64,000 nucleotides of DNA. Source: Marsupella aquatica. Taxonomy: Eukaryota > Plantae > Marchantiophyta. This document shows positions 12,089-26,684 of the stretch, piece after piece. A program made the translations under genes and the position numbers. The notes under the pieces were generated by a model. The model made no database searches. It was not told the origin of the DNA and saw nothing but the letters and a program-made list of their open reading frames with translations. The stretch spans positions 6,555,251-6,619,250 of the forward strand of contig OZ316892.1 of the NCBI GenBank assembly GCA_973895155.1. The letters run 5' to 3'. The first letter of the stretch is position 1; each line of letters begins with the position of its first letter.

Positions 12089-14095
12089 GGTCAGACAGAG
12101 ACGAACGTACAGCTGTAACGGTCAGCTTGACCCACAGTTAATATGCATAAGCTAGCATGTACTGTTTCCTTTCCTACTGCTGAGATGAAACACGCTTCCT
12201 GCTTAGGAACGTTTCATCGTCTTCATGCTTGCTTCCTGCTGTTGTATGTTTCTGCCTTAATTTTCACAGACTGCCCACTGGAACATTGTGACCACCTATT
12301 ATGTTGAGCATTATTTGAAATTGCGCAAAAGCGCTGGTATATATCCATCAGCTGCATGGTTCACTAATTAACTTGTGTTGTATCGATCTGTTGTTTGGAG
12401 TCCAACCTCAAACTGATTAGGTTCCATCAATTCAAGAAATCTCAGATCCATTGCTCCTCTAGGTTCCTAGCTTCTTAGAAAACCTAAATGTTACGCTGGT
12501 CTGGATACAACAAACTTGCTTCCCACTTCAGGTCGCAAAGTTTCTTTGGGGCTCGGAGGAAATTAAAATGCAAACGGTTGAGATCATCGACATATTAGTA
12601 AAGCCTCTACGAAATCAGTTCATCATTGGTACGTAGCTTATGCATAGATAGATGCTCGATCCTAATTTGGGCGCGCTAATCGTCTGAACTTTCATGTATC
12701 CACAAGTAGACTATATAGTTACCTGAACGTGATGGGAGAAATCAGGATTATAACAATCCTGTCCACCTTTCGAAGTTCAAACGCTGGATGGGCGGTGGAA
12801 TCAGAGGTGGGAGATGGTGACAATAAATTAAGTCCTAAAAATTTAGTAGAAAATTTGGGAGAAAATTACGAACCACAGACGGGAAATCTTCGCTCCAATT
12901 CATCTGTAGTAACCTGTTGAAGAATCAGCCTCATCAAGCCTTGAGCCTTGAGAAATTTGTGGGACATGTACTGGAACTTCCCCCACCCTTTTGTTTACTG
13001 TCGTGTACGCATCCATGAGTAGAATGTACGTGCACATCGTCGTATACTTTAATCCACTACACAAACAGAAACTCTTTCATCAACAAACTGTTTCGTCCCA
13101 ATTTTTCAAGCCACGCTTAGAAATATGTGAAATGGGTAGAAGCTAGATCGAAACAACGGTTATTGAGTCAAGGGGCTTAATTAACTTGTGATCTGATAGG
13201 ATGGACCACTACTAATTTCTTAGATCGAGAAAGTCCCAATGTGGATTGCCACAGTTAATCACTGTGGAGAGTTTCCCCACTTCAAGCAGCTGTAGGAACA
13301 GTGGAACCGGGAGTGGAACAAGTCTTAAGATAACTCCTATCTCTAAACTGAAGTCATGGATAAATGACGTTGATCATTTCCCCTCTTAACAGAACAGTTT
13401 TCGTTTTCCCACGCCTTTAAGTAGTTTTTCATCGTCACCTCGATCATGATCCCTAGCTAGAATCCCGTGATTGTTTTATGTTAATCATGAAACCACTTCT
13501 AGGAAAAATAGTGGCGGTTAATTACACTGGGTGCACTTGAAGAAAGGAATGCTCATGATAAATTAACATGTAGTACGAGAGTAGATATATAATAATAATC
13601 ATGAAAGTAGATAATCATGATCACGACCACTTGAAACAGGCCTCTCCCACACTACAGCACGCTTAATTAGCCAAAGTGCACTAGGAAACTTACTAAGCCC
13701 TTATGATATCCTTGAAATCATAAGCAGCAACAATTAATGATCAGTCATTTGCATGTGGAGATTGAGTAGTTTGTCGATCACTCATTGTTCCATCTCACGT
13801 TCTTGATCCTGCTGTGGCATATATACGGTATATAAGAGGCTTCTGCTAGCTGAAAATTGCTCATTCATCAGTCGCAGTGCTCCCCGTAGACGAGTTATTC
13901 ACCTGGCGCAAGCAACATCCCTTGCTGTCTTCTAGTCCTGAATTGGTGATAGTTTATACCTAGTGTCCTCACAAGTTGAAGCTATCTAGTCATCAACTCC
14001 TCGGGCTTCTAGCTAAAGCAATCTCATTATAGTTGTAATCTGGTGCCAATCCAAGCAGTGGCCCGGCGGGGCAGTGGGAAGGCTGTACGTAATCA

Positions 14096-15469
14096 ATGGC
14101 AGGGAGGTTGCGATTGACGACGCCACCAATGAGCTACAAGGACCTGGAGGAAGAACTGCTACCAGGCATCCCCAATGACATCACCCTGCATGAGATACTC
14201 CAAAGCTGTCTTTTACAGAAATTTCCAAGCTCTCTTTGATAAGCAGTAGTTGGGAGAAGGCTATTCGAGGTCATCTTGTCCAGGATGCGAGAGAGTTCTT
14301 AGTAACTCTGAAAAGAGTTTTACTGTTTTTCTGCGGACATTTAATGGGCATGCAAAAGGTGTTGCTGACAATAGGATTACAATTTGGCTATACTCCATGA
14401 GAATTAAAACTTGGTTTGAACTTCCTCCAATCCCTGGCATTCGGAAAGGCTTTCCACATCGTTGCCAAGTTGTTTCAGTGGATTACAAGATATATGTTGT
14501 TGGAGGAGCACGTTCTAACAAACTGCATAAGGTTAGAGAGATGAGCCGATCACATGGGAGGAGGAACGTTGCCAAGTTGTTTCAGTGGAGTACAAGCTAG
14601 ATATATGTTGTTGGAGGAGCACGTTCTAACAAACTGCATAAGGTTAGAGAGATGAGTCGATCACATGGGAGGAGGAACGTATACATGATGGATTTGGTAG
14701 GACCAAAAGATATGGAAAGAATGTGCACGAATGGGAGAAGCAAGACAAGATTTTGGTGCTGGTGTCATGAATGGGACGATTTACGTTGTTGGGGGTGCGT
14801 CCAATTGTAAATATCTGCGGAGCAGAAGTTTATGACCCTAAAGGTGATTGCTGGTCTCCCATAAAGCCCATGGTATCCAAATATCATGCTTTTTATCAGG
14901 TTGTGACAGTTGGGGCCGGAGGAGTTTTTTGTCCAGGGCTCGATCATTCGTGACTCGATCCACTGATAGAGAAATTGATGATCCAAACCAGATTAATAAT
15001 ATCCTTCAGATTCAGCTTGAGTCTGTGAAGATCTATCACCCTGGCAAGGATGAGTGGAGGTTGAAGGAGCCTTTGGGGATTGACGTTCGTGTAGGAGGCG
15101 ATTTTGGAGCATCCTTCATTGTTCAAGGAAATTTCTATCACATGAATCCTATTGGCGTTTATATCTATAATACAGAAAATCAGTCATGGTCACTTGTTCA
15201 ACCATGTTCCTTTACTAATAATCAAGCACGGTTGCAACACGGGCACAATGTTAGAAGCGCTCTTTCTGCATGTGGCAAAGGAGCTTTAATTTTAGCTCTA
15301 GTAAGAATAGATTACTTTCTTGAATTCTGAAGAATACCTGCTACATACAAAAGGGTTTGGTCAGAAGGACAAACATATCAACCAGGAGTTGATAGTAGAA
15401 TGGCCTCCTCTAAGTCCCAAGGCATTGCCTGGACACAGTGTAGCCTACCAGTTGCTCTGTTCAGTTTAA
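14096..15469 (+). pseudogene. F-box/Kelch-repeat protein pseudogene
   Basis: F-box start LLPGIPNDITLHEIL..KLSLISSSWEKAIR. Kelch blades WFELPPIP...KIYVVGG, MNGTIYVVGG, AEVYDPKGDCWSPIKPM, IYHPGKDEW. Several frameshifts and an internal ~107-bp duplication. Confidence 0.85.
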
Positions 15470-18400
15470 CTTTGAGCAATGCATGGCGGAATATATCATT
15501 GCCTCACCAATTAATATATTTTGGCATGCATGCCTCATTTCCCAATAATTTGAACACTTTTATTTGATCTTCCAAGACGTCTCTTTTCTTCCAGTGTCGA
15601 GGATCAATCGGTCATATGGAAATATCTTTTGTTTGTGCAACATTAGCACCTCGATGGAAAGAGCAAATCTGCAGACTAATGCTGATTGAAATGTCGAAAT
15701 CAACACCCGCCAGTGCCTTAGTAACGCCTTTTGCCGTCATGCGTTCTTTGGGAAGTTATTTGAGGGGACATGCTCAACTACGTTAACCTTGGTGCCAGCT
15801 GCATTACTAAAATTTAATTAATTTGCCCATTCTGCGGACAGTGCCTTCCCCTTGACAATCTTCATTGGTAGCTAGGATGAAGATTGACCCACACTTTGCC
15901 AATAGAGGAGGCTACAAGACTGCTTCTGGTCATTCATTACATTCATTCAAGTACTGTAGCAAATAATTTCAACTCACACAAACTTAACAAAATGAGTAAA
16001 GGAAAAAGCAAAGAACCTCAACCTTGTAATTGCCACTCGGTTAATTGCTATAAATTAATTGCTATAAATGTGTAAGCTACGATAATTAAAAACAGTACGT
16101 CCATAAAGACTATAATTAGTAAAATGGGTCAAATCTGAAAACGTTTCAGTATAGTAACAAAGCTTGAGACCCTGATCGATGTGAAAAGCCCGGAGTAAAA
16201 AATTATAGGCCATGTATTAGATATAGAATATTTTGAATCCTTGTTGCGCCTTCATTCACTCGATCAGATGTCTTGAAAGGTTCTAGTGTTCTGTTATTCA
16301 TCACACGTACCCAGTTCACGCGTCCGCTCGCCTTAGCTATTTTGATGCGCCGTTGGGATTCATCCGATTTATAATATATAGGATGTTGAAGCACTGCCCA
16401 GTAAGCTACTAACTATTCCTTTCATCTGGCTCCTCGGCCATTCCAAATTTCCAGCCATTTTTCGACAAAATATATACCTCAGGATGAGGCGGTAGATCGC
16501 GAGAGAAGACTTCAAATATTCATAAAACAATGATCAGATTGATCTGAAACTGAGCTTAGAAGCCCACATTGTCTAGCTGCCCATTATTCTTTGAACCCTT
16601 CGACCAAAGTCAGGCCGGCGCCTAGCTGGAATACGAATCATATTAGAACGTGCGAATCTAGCAGCTACCAGAAGCGCTTGGTACTCCTGCTTCGCTTCCA
16701 TGCGCCTTTCACTTATTCCGTCAGGTCTACGTACTCTACCAATGCAGCCTTAGGGTTTGCATACGCTTCCTTAACAAATGAACTCGGGTTCACGTTCTTT
16801 GCCGGGAGTGTCATAATACTTCATCTTCAGAATCAACTGCATTGCGAGTCCCAAGGCTTGAGAAATGACATAAGCAAGTCCTTGCTCTTTTCTTCTTAAT
16901 AGAGAAATGACATAATCAAGCTAGTGCTATTTTATTATAATTAATCATGTTTTCAAGCTGGCCTTTAGAAGAATTAATGAATCCAAGCACAATAATTTAA
17001 ATAAATATACATATTTAGTATATCTAATTAATTTGTTGGCTCAATTTGGTAATGGAAACAATTGATCATTAAGTTCCTAACTAAGCTCTAAATGAAACAG
17101 CAAGAGACTGTCAAGCCTTAAATTTATAATTTCCTGGTGGTTAGTAAGCAATCCTTTCACACACAAATTTGAATATATATTGTGCATGTAAATGGTTCAA
17201 GGCTGTGGACCAAGATCTCTTGCACCCTGATTCCAAAGTACCAAAATGATTGAGGCAAAATTCATTATTGACAAACTGGGAATGAGGAACCTTTAGAAGA
17301 ATAATTATCCTGATGGGACACTCTCCTTCCAAGAATCCAAATTATGTGTATATACCTAGAGGGGGCAAAACAGTTCAAGAGTCAGGGGACAGCAAGACCA
17401 GACCCCACATGTACTTATGAGGCTGAACTGACAACTCAAGGAGGGGATGCTTACATTCACTTTGTGGGCCTCAAGGCGAGGATGTGGTTGTTGTCAACCC
17501 TACCTGCAATTAAACCACAACTGCCCCTATAAAGGGCTACAGGTAACCCATAGCTCTCATTGTAAAGAGCACAGGTTCAGAAATGGGCTTTAAGCTCCAC
17601 AAAAGGTGCTGACTGCAAAATCGTTTTATGGCAAGTACTCCACAAAAGGTGCTAGTGTTCTACCTTTTATGGTGAGTAGTGAGACATGGAATGAGGCTTT
17701 TATAGTGGCAGGTGTGGTTTACGAGCAATGTTGTAGTGGTTGTTCACAATCCTGGGCATTAAGGAGGAGGCTTATGTTGAGCTCTACATTGTAGAAGTCT
17801 TACATCTGATTCTACGCGTTTGCCTTGAAGATAGATCTTTGGTGCACTTAATTCACCTGATCGTTGACCGCTTCTTAACATGAACCTTCAATACTTTGTG
17901 AACATTGGAGGCCTCATCCCTCAATTACTGTTGTGACGGCCTTTTTTAATTGGACAACAGGTCTGTTGCACTCCGGAGGGCTCATGCATTCACAATTCTT
18001 AGTAGGGATGAGGTGGTCAATTTTAGGGCCTCTAGTCAAATTCCTCTACATGACTCTTCAGTCTATGGCATTTCAATTTGTTGACAAATAGGCTTTAGTT
18101 TGGCTTAATTTAGTGTCAGGGGTTTACCATGTGGCCTCCGGGGTGGCCTCCCCTTGGATGGGTGTGTTAGGAATTGACTTGTTCTTAGCTTTAATTAGTT
18201 AGTTTGGCCTTACTAAGGTTAGTTAACTCTTTATTGCATTAGGATAAGATCCACTTAATTTAGACCCACACATCTCAACTCCCCCTGGGGATATAGGTTG
18301 GAGAGAGGACATTCTCTTCCTCATTCTTCACATATAGTCATATGTTACTGATCCTTCAAGAGTTTCTCCACTCAATTAATTGTGGTTTCTTGTCGGTGTA

Positions 18401-19422
18401 GCATGTGACCGAGTGTCTCTTGCATGTTCTGCATTGACATCCTCTAAGCATCTATTCAAATTGTCTCTTGCTTTCATTGCATGACATTTTGTATTCTAAC
18501 TAAACCACTTTTGGCTCTGGTTCGTGTCTTGAAATTCCATAGTACGGTGTTCACACTTATAGTCTTAGTGGACATCCTGGATTATGTTCCCATTGTTGAT
18601 TCCAGCAATCTAATCACCGCTGTTGTGGTTCATATTGTGGTTGACCATGTTCTTAGCATGTAAGGTCTATACCACTCCACAAATTACTCTATCATTATAT
18701 ATCACACAACGGTGATCGATACTCAGATAGGAAAGAGGAAGACAGTTATATCAAACTTCTTTGTGATGAAGTTACAATATATAATATAGTTTTATGAAAA
18801 TGTTTCAAATTACTACTTTTAATTTTCACCATCCTATTCTACACTGCACTAGATTAAGCTAAGTAAAGCCTGACGCAATTAATTGGGTTTCCATGGTACG
18901 TAGCTAGTAATTGTGAGATTGATTGAAGCTTCCAATGGGAATGCTTTTGATAGTGTGCATGTGGGTGTACCAATGGCCACAGCACTGACATTGCTCCTTC
19001 CACAACCTCAATTCTTAAGTACTTCATGTTTTGGACAATTGATTTTTGGCAGTCATGGCTTGAATTCCACAAACCCCACACTCCTTGGTAACCTGCAGAC
19101 CTCTTCATCGTCAAAGGGCATCCTTAATATATCACACTGTTTGGTCTACCCTTGAGTCTCTTCTTTATATAGGGGAGGACCATGTACACCAAGGGTATGG
19201 AGTGAGCCCATCTCTCAGCAAAGCAGGTACCCGAGCAGGTATATGCCTTCATGGGTTTTCTAATATGTCTATCTTGGTGATGTAGTAGGGAGAGACATAA
19301 TCATAGTGACATTTTCACGGATGACTCATTACTCGTCAGGCATGTAAACAAGGCAGCAAAGTGTCTGGGAATGACCACTGTGGCTCAAGTACGTTGCACT
19401 ATAAAGTGTGTATTTTTGTTGC

Positions 19423-19555
19423 CAGTGATTCTTACCTTAGGTGCATGGGAAGGATGGGAAATCAGAATAGATGCCTTCTCTTGAAGTTGTCGATCAGTGA
19501 TTCTTACCTTAGGTGCATGGGAAGGATGGGAAATCAAAATAGATGCCTTCTCTTG
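19423..19555. repeat. ~72-bp near-identical tandem duplication
   Basis: cagtgattcttaccttaggtgcatgggaaggatgggaaatca(g/a)aatagatgccttctcttgaa occurs twice. Confidence 0.85.
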
Positions 19556-20356
19556 AACCTCGTTCAAGGTAGCCATCATGATGCTACCTGGAAACGAAGT
19601 TGTTATGCTTTGAGTCATCTCCTTCTCAAAATACTTCCGGTCATACTTCACCATCATGTAATCCTAAATTTGTTGTGACATGTTCCATGTGACTTCCTAG
19701 CTTTGAGGTTTCAATGCCCTATTATTGCTCTGTGCTCATTGCAAAGTTTCATGTCCCCACTTACGTACATCACTTAATATGTGAACCGACACATTGGAAC
19801 ATGCAACACGTAGCACAAACTGGTATCGTTCTGACATGGGAAGGCGATAGCATTGGAATGTTAAATTGAGGACCCAATGCCCCATTTGTCACCATAGTTA
19901 TTTTGAATCACCTTAAGCAATCACGTATTACCATTGAATGACTTGACAAAATTGAAGCCTTTGCTACGTCCCTGCCATTGAGTATTCTTGCTCCCTCTGT
20001 TGAGCATGTGTCCCTGCTAGTGAGAATTCTATCTCAGTCTCTTGAGTGGAATTCTACTCCATCAACCAATGCGCTCAGCTTTCTAGTTCTCAGTTTGAAT
20101 ACAGCATTTTGGGGCTAGTAGTCGGTTGTGCACAGGAGTGAGTTTTCCGGGGGATTGAAAGACGATGGGCACCTGTGCATGGAGATATATATGGGCAAAT
20201 GAGCAAACAATGGAGAGTCTAGGAGCACTTTCACAATATATGCTACTTGACTACGGCTCGATAGCTTCGGTTACAAACTAACATTAGACCTAAGACCAAA
20301 TACCTAACATACTCTTGGATTAAAATGAATTTAGTCATACTCTAATTGAGGTTAAA

Positions 20357-20600
20357 TTGATTTATATCTTGAGCTATAGTTGGCTCTAACGTATAACTTG
20401 GGTTTGATGTACGTACGTGTATCTTGGATGAGTTTGACGGGGAGTTTGATGCCACGGGATTGGTGACCTAGCCCATTGATTTCGATCTTGAGCTATAGTT
20501 GGCTCTGCTGTATAACTTGGGTTTGATGTACGTACATGTATCTTGGATGAGTTTGACGGGGAGTTTGATTCCACGGGATTGGTGACCTAGCCCATTGATT
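20357..20600. repeat. ~118-bp tandem duplication
   Basis: atcttgagctatagttggctct...ggtgacctagcccattgatt occurs twice with few mismatches. Confidence 0.85.
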
Positions 20601-22016
20601 GACAGACAAGAACCATGTTGTCTAAGGTATATAGTCTGGAGCACTATCTTTTGACCATTTACCCTCACTGGCCCCATTTGGGAACTCCATTTGAGTGCAA
20701 GTTCCAATACTATGAATACTGGAATTTGCAGTGCCTATAGTAGCGACACAGTTTCCAAGAACCACAATCTGATCCATGTGAACAAGCTATGGTCGTAAAG
20801 ATACCGGCCTCAAAGGTATGCTCAAATTAAAGGAAAACATACCATTTTAATAAAAAAAGTAAGGAGCACCTGTGGAAATTTCTGAGAGCTGAGTGCTCTA
20901 TACATATGACTACGTTAGAGGGAACCATGATAATGCACCCTCAAAAGGAGCTGAGTGGTCTATACACATGAAAACGTTAGCGGGAAACCGGGTAATGCAC
21001 CCTCAAAAGGTTTTATTATTTGTTTTACATCATTAAAACATCAAAGTTTGTACTCGCAATCAAAGCCTCAAAACCAGTCATGGGACTATCATCGACAAGA
21101 TTCAAACTTTGGACCTCCCGGCTTGCAGCCGAATAATTTAATTGAAGCCTAATAACTAACAAGAAGTTTTAATTACTCAGTAAAAACTCACCCTCACCCT
21201 TTTCTCATCTGCCCTCAGTTGGGTCGTGGCAAGCTTCGGGTTCCCGCTACTGGGTTCATATGCTACTTTAATTTGAGGAGGTAACAACAGGCATTAGAGC
21301 CATTGCTTAGGGCTCGTCAGCTCAAGAAAGGGAGTTTATTTGTCCAAGCCCACATACAGAAGCAGTGAAATGTATAGCCTGGCTGACATTGCATCTCATG
21401 AAAGGGATTCCTCCTTTGTCTCAGTCCACATAGTTGAAGGCTGCTAACTGGATTAACTTGTAGAGCCCATTCAAAGTCAAAATACCCAAAGACCTCAACC
21501 TGCATAATTAAAAGCACAGCTTATCATGAAGTACACTCCGCACCGATATTCAATTCACGATCAAATGTTTTTCCGGTCTTCTCAACGTAAGACACCACGA
21601 GCGAGGTCAGAATGGTTGGCGACCTCACTTACTAGACGAAAACACATAATCAGCAAACAAAACATACTGACCCAAAACCGTGGTTGTCCAAAATAGAAAG
21701 ATTCTCTCCAACATCATCGTCCAGCCATTTGGTGGTCTCGGTGGGTGTGAACTCCAACAAGCCATAAGTTCCCATCAGCTACTGTTCAACATTCACAGAT
21801 TGGGTAAGTTAACAATATGTTTAAACAGGTCATTTCATGCTCTTATGGCAGAACAACTTCCAAATGGTTAAAAGAAACGAAGTACTCCTAAGAGACATGA
21901 CTAAGAACTTACATAGGTTTATCAAAGAAGTGAAGAAGTCTTCACAGGCTTCGGCATGTTGCGCGGTCCCAAATAGAGGCCGTGCACCCACCGAATTCCA
22001 CGTATTGATCTCATAT

Positions 22017-24671
22017 TAGACCATCACAGCGCACCGAGCTGTTTCGCCCTTCTGCCTTTGGACGATCTCAACCTCACAAAGTGTATCTCATCCAGCTTTC
22101 CCGTTTTCTTGAGAGATTTCAAGAGCAGTCATGATGTAAGATGATTGGACAAGTACTAGCCTTTGTCTGTCATTTCCTTGCACAGAACATAGCACTCATC
22201 AACAAGTTCGGGAGAATCGCTAAAGCCTCGTATCAGTGTTATACGCGATCTCGTTCGGTGAGCATCCCTGGTCTATCATATTCTTGTAAATTGAGTAGGC
22301 CCTCTTAAACTGGCCTGCACGGCAAAGACCCTTAATGATTGATACATATGTAACTAATTTGGACTATCCCCCTGTCATTCATATCCTCAAACAGCTCAAA
22401 CGCTTGCAAACTTCTTCAAACAGCTCAAACGCTTGCAAACTCTTGTTGCAAAGTACATCAATAAGAGTGCTGTAACTAGCTAACCACATCTGGACTGCAA
22501 CCTGAAACTCGCATGTCAAAGAAGCTGGTAGGCTCTATCCACATTTCCGGATTTGCCAAGGTGGGCAATGAGAGTGTCGTATGTGATCACATCTGGCTGG
22601 CAAACAGTGCGTAGCATTTCTTGGAACAGACTCCACAGCCGTCCCACCCTCTTGACTTCCCCAGTCCGTGAAGTGCAGTGTTGTAAGCCATCAAGTACAT
22701 CTGCAGATCCTTGTTATCCATCCTGTCAAAGAGCTGTTGAGCTTCGTAAACTCTACCTGCCTTCAATAAATTGCCATATATCGTTACACAAACACCCTCG
22801 CCACGGTTATGCAGCCATCTGCCATCATTTCATTGAACATCCTGATGCCTTCATCGAGTTTACCTCCCTGGCATAGAGCACCAATCAGAGCATCATAGAC
22901 AATGACGTTGGGTTTCACCCCAGTAACTCTCATCTGTTCAAACACATTCCGAGCGTCACCAACCTGACCTATATCTCTAAGTCCACAAATAAGAGTGCCA
23001 TATGTCACCATATCAGGCATGCACCTTCTCCTAGTCATCTCATCCGAAAGGTCCTGATGCCTGGTCCACTCTAGCAACCTTTATTACAATTCTAAGCATC
23101 AGATTATATGTAAACAAATCCTGGACCAAACCCTTAGAGGTCATTTCTTTAAAAAGATGCCATGTGTCGTCATTTCTGTGTGCATGGCAAAGACCTTATT
23201 GACTAGATTCACAGTTTTCGATCACTTGAGGGGCAAAACCGTTCTCCTCCATCTCTTGACAGAGCTTCAAAGCTTGTTCAATGCGTCCTATTGCCCGGCC
23301 CATGTAGCATTGTATTGTAGACTACACGTTCGCCAGAGCCTTGTTCCAGGTGAACAGAGTGTATGCATCATCCTGCCTTCCAGCCTTGCAAAGAACATTC
23401 ACGAGGACTCCAAAGGTTACCACAATTGGTTCGCAACATTTGTCTTTTATCTCTTTAATCAACTTTCCCGTCATGTCAAGCTCGCCAGCTTTTCCGAAAC
23501 CATTCATGCGAATGTTGAAGGGTGGAAGAATCGGGTAGAGGTCAGCATCTGCTCATACATCACGTAAGCTTAATCAGAATGCCCTGCTTTCGCGAGAACC
23601 TCGAGGAGTTTGTTGCATTGAGGTGGCCGTGGGCGGTAGTCTAAATCGTGCATTTTCCTCGCAAATTCAAGGGCTGCTTCAAACATTCCACTTTGGCAAT
23701 ACGCCCTCGCCTGTGCTGCTAGCACTGTGCCAGAAGTCACACAGTTCATCCTTTCCATCTCCGCCGTCAGTTGCTTTAGAGCATCGAAATCTCTAGCAGC
23801 ACCCCATATGGCAACGAGAGCACAGGAAGTAGCAGGAGAATACTCGTATCCAGCCTGCTTCCAGCCCATTCAAACAACAGGAGAGCCGATTTGACATCGG
23901 TTTGCGCTCTCAATTTTCTGACCACGTCATGAGAAGTTGACACTCAACAGGCCCCTTCACTGGTAACGTTAAATTGACGGTTTCCGAACTCCGATGGACG
24001 ACTGGAGGTCTCTTTTCGGCTATGTCTCCATCTGATAGTACTCTGCTCCTGACCAATTTCTGAAGTAAAGAATGAGTGCAGCCATCTCTTGCCCGGTGCT
24101 GTTCAAAAGAAAACTTGCTGGCCGGTGCAGTTGGGCAGAATGCATGTGATGCACAATCCCCTGCCCCAACGTATGCAAGTCCATCCTTTGCTGCATTAGA
24201 GGCGTGTGGTAACATACCTCGGAGTGAAAGCTCCCAGTAAAACACCGTGTTCTGGTCTCTGAACCATTGGATTCAAGATTTTGCAATGTAGACGCCAAAG
24301 AGTATGGTGCCGACTTCTGGTGGGGACCTTTGGGCGGCTGGAAGCTCACTGTCGAAGATGACTTTCTCAATGAACAAGGAAACTGGGCATTCGATTTCTT
24401 GCAAAGGCGTGCTTCTCTGATTGACAATGCTCCAGTAATGGCGCACTGAACGAAGTTAAAGCTTGTTCTTGTCGATTACTCTGCTCTCCGAGAACGGTAA
24501 GATTGAAGTTTTTGACGACAATGAGAACCGACCGGAAGAATGCCATTTCTGTCTGCCCGTGTTGTATGAAACTCCTCCCGCATGATTAAGCGGGGAACAT
24601 TGCTTGGGAACGCTCGCCCAGTGCAATATGCAGCGCAGTAGTGAAGATGAAGCGAAAGTACGCTGGACCAT
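22017..24671 (-). pseudogene. Pentatricopeptide repeat (P-type PPR) pseudogene, intronless
   Basis: PPR motifs in broken frames: PDMVTYGTLICGL, KPNVIVYDALIGALCQGGKLDEGIRMFNEM, PIVVTFGVLVNVLCKAGR, AYCQSGMFEAALE. Organelle-transit-like start MVQRTFASSSLLR at 24671. Many stops and frameshifts. Confidence 0.85.
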
Positions 24672-26684
24672 GGCACATGGTCTGATAGTTGCACAGGCAC
24701 ATTATCAGTCTTCAGACTCCATGTTCGCCATCTGCTTTGCGGGGCCAGAAAGAATACAATCAACTGCAGAATGAAGGAACGAAATTGAATAAAAGAACTA
24801 TTTGTTAACGAAAGAGGAAGTTTTTGTGGGAAAGCCAAAGGCACACCACCACCCAAAACCCTTAATTGCTAATGAATTTTCATCAACGACGTTGACAATC
24901 TCTCAAATTGGAGAGAACACACAATGACCGCTGCCAACGTAGATGAGATGCTATGATATCTTGAAGGACACATCTGCGAACTCGTTCGGGTGCAGATGGC
25001 GAAGCACAATAATGCAGCGAGTACAACATCAGCTGGGGATGCCTGCACGGAAACATTTCCAGTAGTGCAGTTGTAGATTGACCTGGTAAGGATTCACATA
25101 CCAGTGTACCAAAAGTACTCTGTGTCCCGCCTGGCCCTATTGAGTCTAGAGAGAATGCAGCTGCTGTTCCTAACCCTAGTGGAACTTTTTAATCTGTTGC
25201 CCACAGATTAAAAAATTGAAGCAGAGGGATGTGAGGATGAGTAGGGGTTGCCACAAGATGCTCGACGTTAAAAACAATTCATCCACGACAAATTTGTATG
25301 ACCTAGAAAAACTTATCATCTGAATGAAAGTAAACATATCAAATTAGGGCTTGCAAAGGCTTCGTTGACACAACAAGTGTAAAGTTTCCTGCCCAAAGTT
25401 CTACAGCTTACGTGTTTGCAACCAAGAATGAAGGAAAACGCAAACCAAATGTGTCATTTGATATGATACCAGTTGTCATGATGGCATGAGTTTGCAAATC
25501 TAGGTTTCCGACCTCACCTGAACTCTGTCAAATTCCTGAGGGACAGCCAGCATAAAATTTTGGCCCTCTCCTTGTCAAAGGTGAGTCCAGATGCCTTGAT
25601 CTCTGATTCATCAGTCCAGTGCAGCGACAACCTGAAAGCTTCAGAACTGATGGATAATGTCATCGCCTTCGTTCTTTTGCAATCCAAAAAATCCTTGAAC
25701 TGGAGAATCGGTCCGTGCAGGGAAGCTACTCCTCACTCCACGATAGCATCTCAATACTCTTAGGCCACATACGGAAGAGTTTTTTTTGGGCGATTGCAGT
25801 GTCCACTAAGTAACACCACCTTGTTAGAATGTCCTAAACTGAAGAAGGCCTTGCAAAGCTCGCCAACCCCACTCTAATCCTCGGCTTGCCTTGGCTTACC
25901 TTAGCTTGCCTTTAAGTGAAATTGGGCTTGACCGGCCTGCTCTGCCATTTCCCAAGGTCTGTGGGATTGGATTGCCTGCGATTCGAAAAATGCGAAGCTC
26001 GATGTGAATCTGGTCATTTGGCTTCACACATCGTTCTCTTCCCTAGAGCACAAAAGAAAAATCTTGTAGGGAAGCCCTTGGAACAGGAAATAGTGGGCCA
26101 TACCGCTCCCACAATAAGTGCTTTATGTTATTCCTGATGTTTCTCTTTGTAATGGGGTGCTTCCCAAAAACACGAACCAAATCTTCCTCTCTCCTGTCCC
26201 TGCGTTGCCAAATCTGGCGGTAGTGTTCTGGACGACCCTACCCTGGGATGGGATAGGTTCAAATTTTGTCAACCCTGGCTATTTATTACCTCATTTTCTG
26301 GAGAAGAATGCATAGTCCAGATTTGGTGGGGGCAATATGAAAATTCTCCTCTACTTTTGCTAGGAATTAGAAAATTAAAGTGATTCTTTTTAGGCCTTTG
26401 ATTGCTCCCCCCCCCCCCCCCACAACTTTAGCTATTGCTCCCAGATGCCCTGAAAAATATAAATGGAAGAATAAGGGAAATCACAAACTGCATTAACTAT
26501 AGAGTAAGGTCTTGTTTAGAGGGCCTTGTGTGATACAGTGCCTCCCCAAAAAAGAGCTTTAGCTCAGTTTTGAGAGGTTATTACTACCCATACTACTCCA
26601 AAAACAGGACCTTAGAGAGATTTTTCTTTTGTCTAACTTTAGTAAACCTTGAGGACAATCTTCCCAAAGAGATCCAGGGGGAAT

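Noticed and set aside
17300-20300. Cys-rich broken frames on the minus strand (KECGVCG...QCQCCGHW) as a transposase or gene
   Set aside because: Too fragmented to assign by eye. Needs a translated HMM search.
21081-21150. tRNA-like sequence on the minus strand (cggc-tgcaa-gccg stem, gaggtccaaagtttgaatc)
   Set aside because: No acceptor stem or D-arm and a degenerate B box. At most an old SINE or tRNA relic.
25520-25870. Coding-like minus-strand segment ending at a gtgag donor upstream of the PPR pseudogene
   Set aside because: Contains stops and no recognisable motif. May be a UTR exon.
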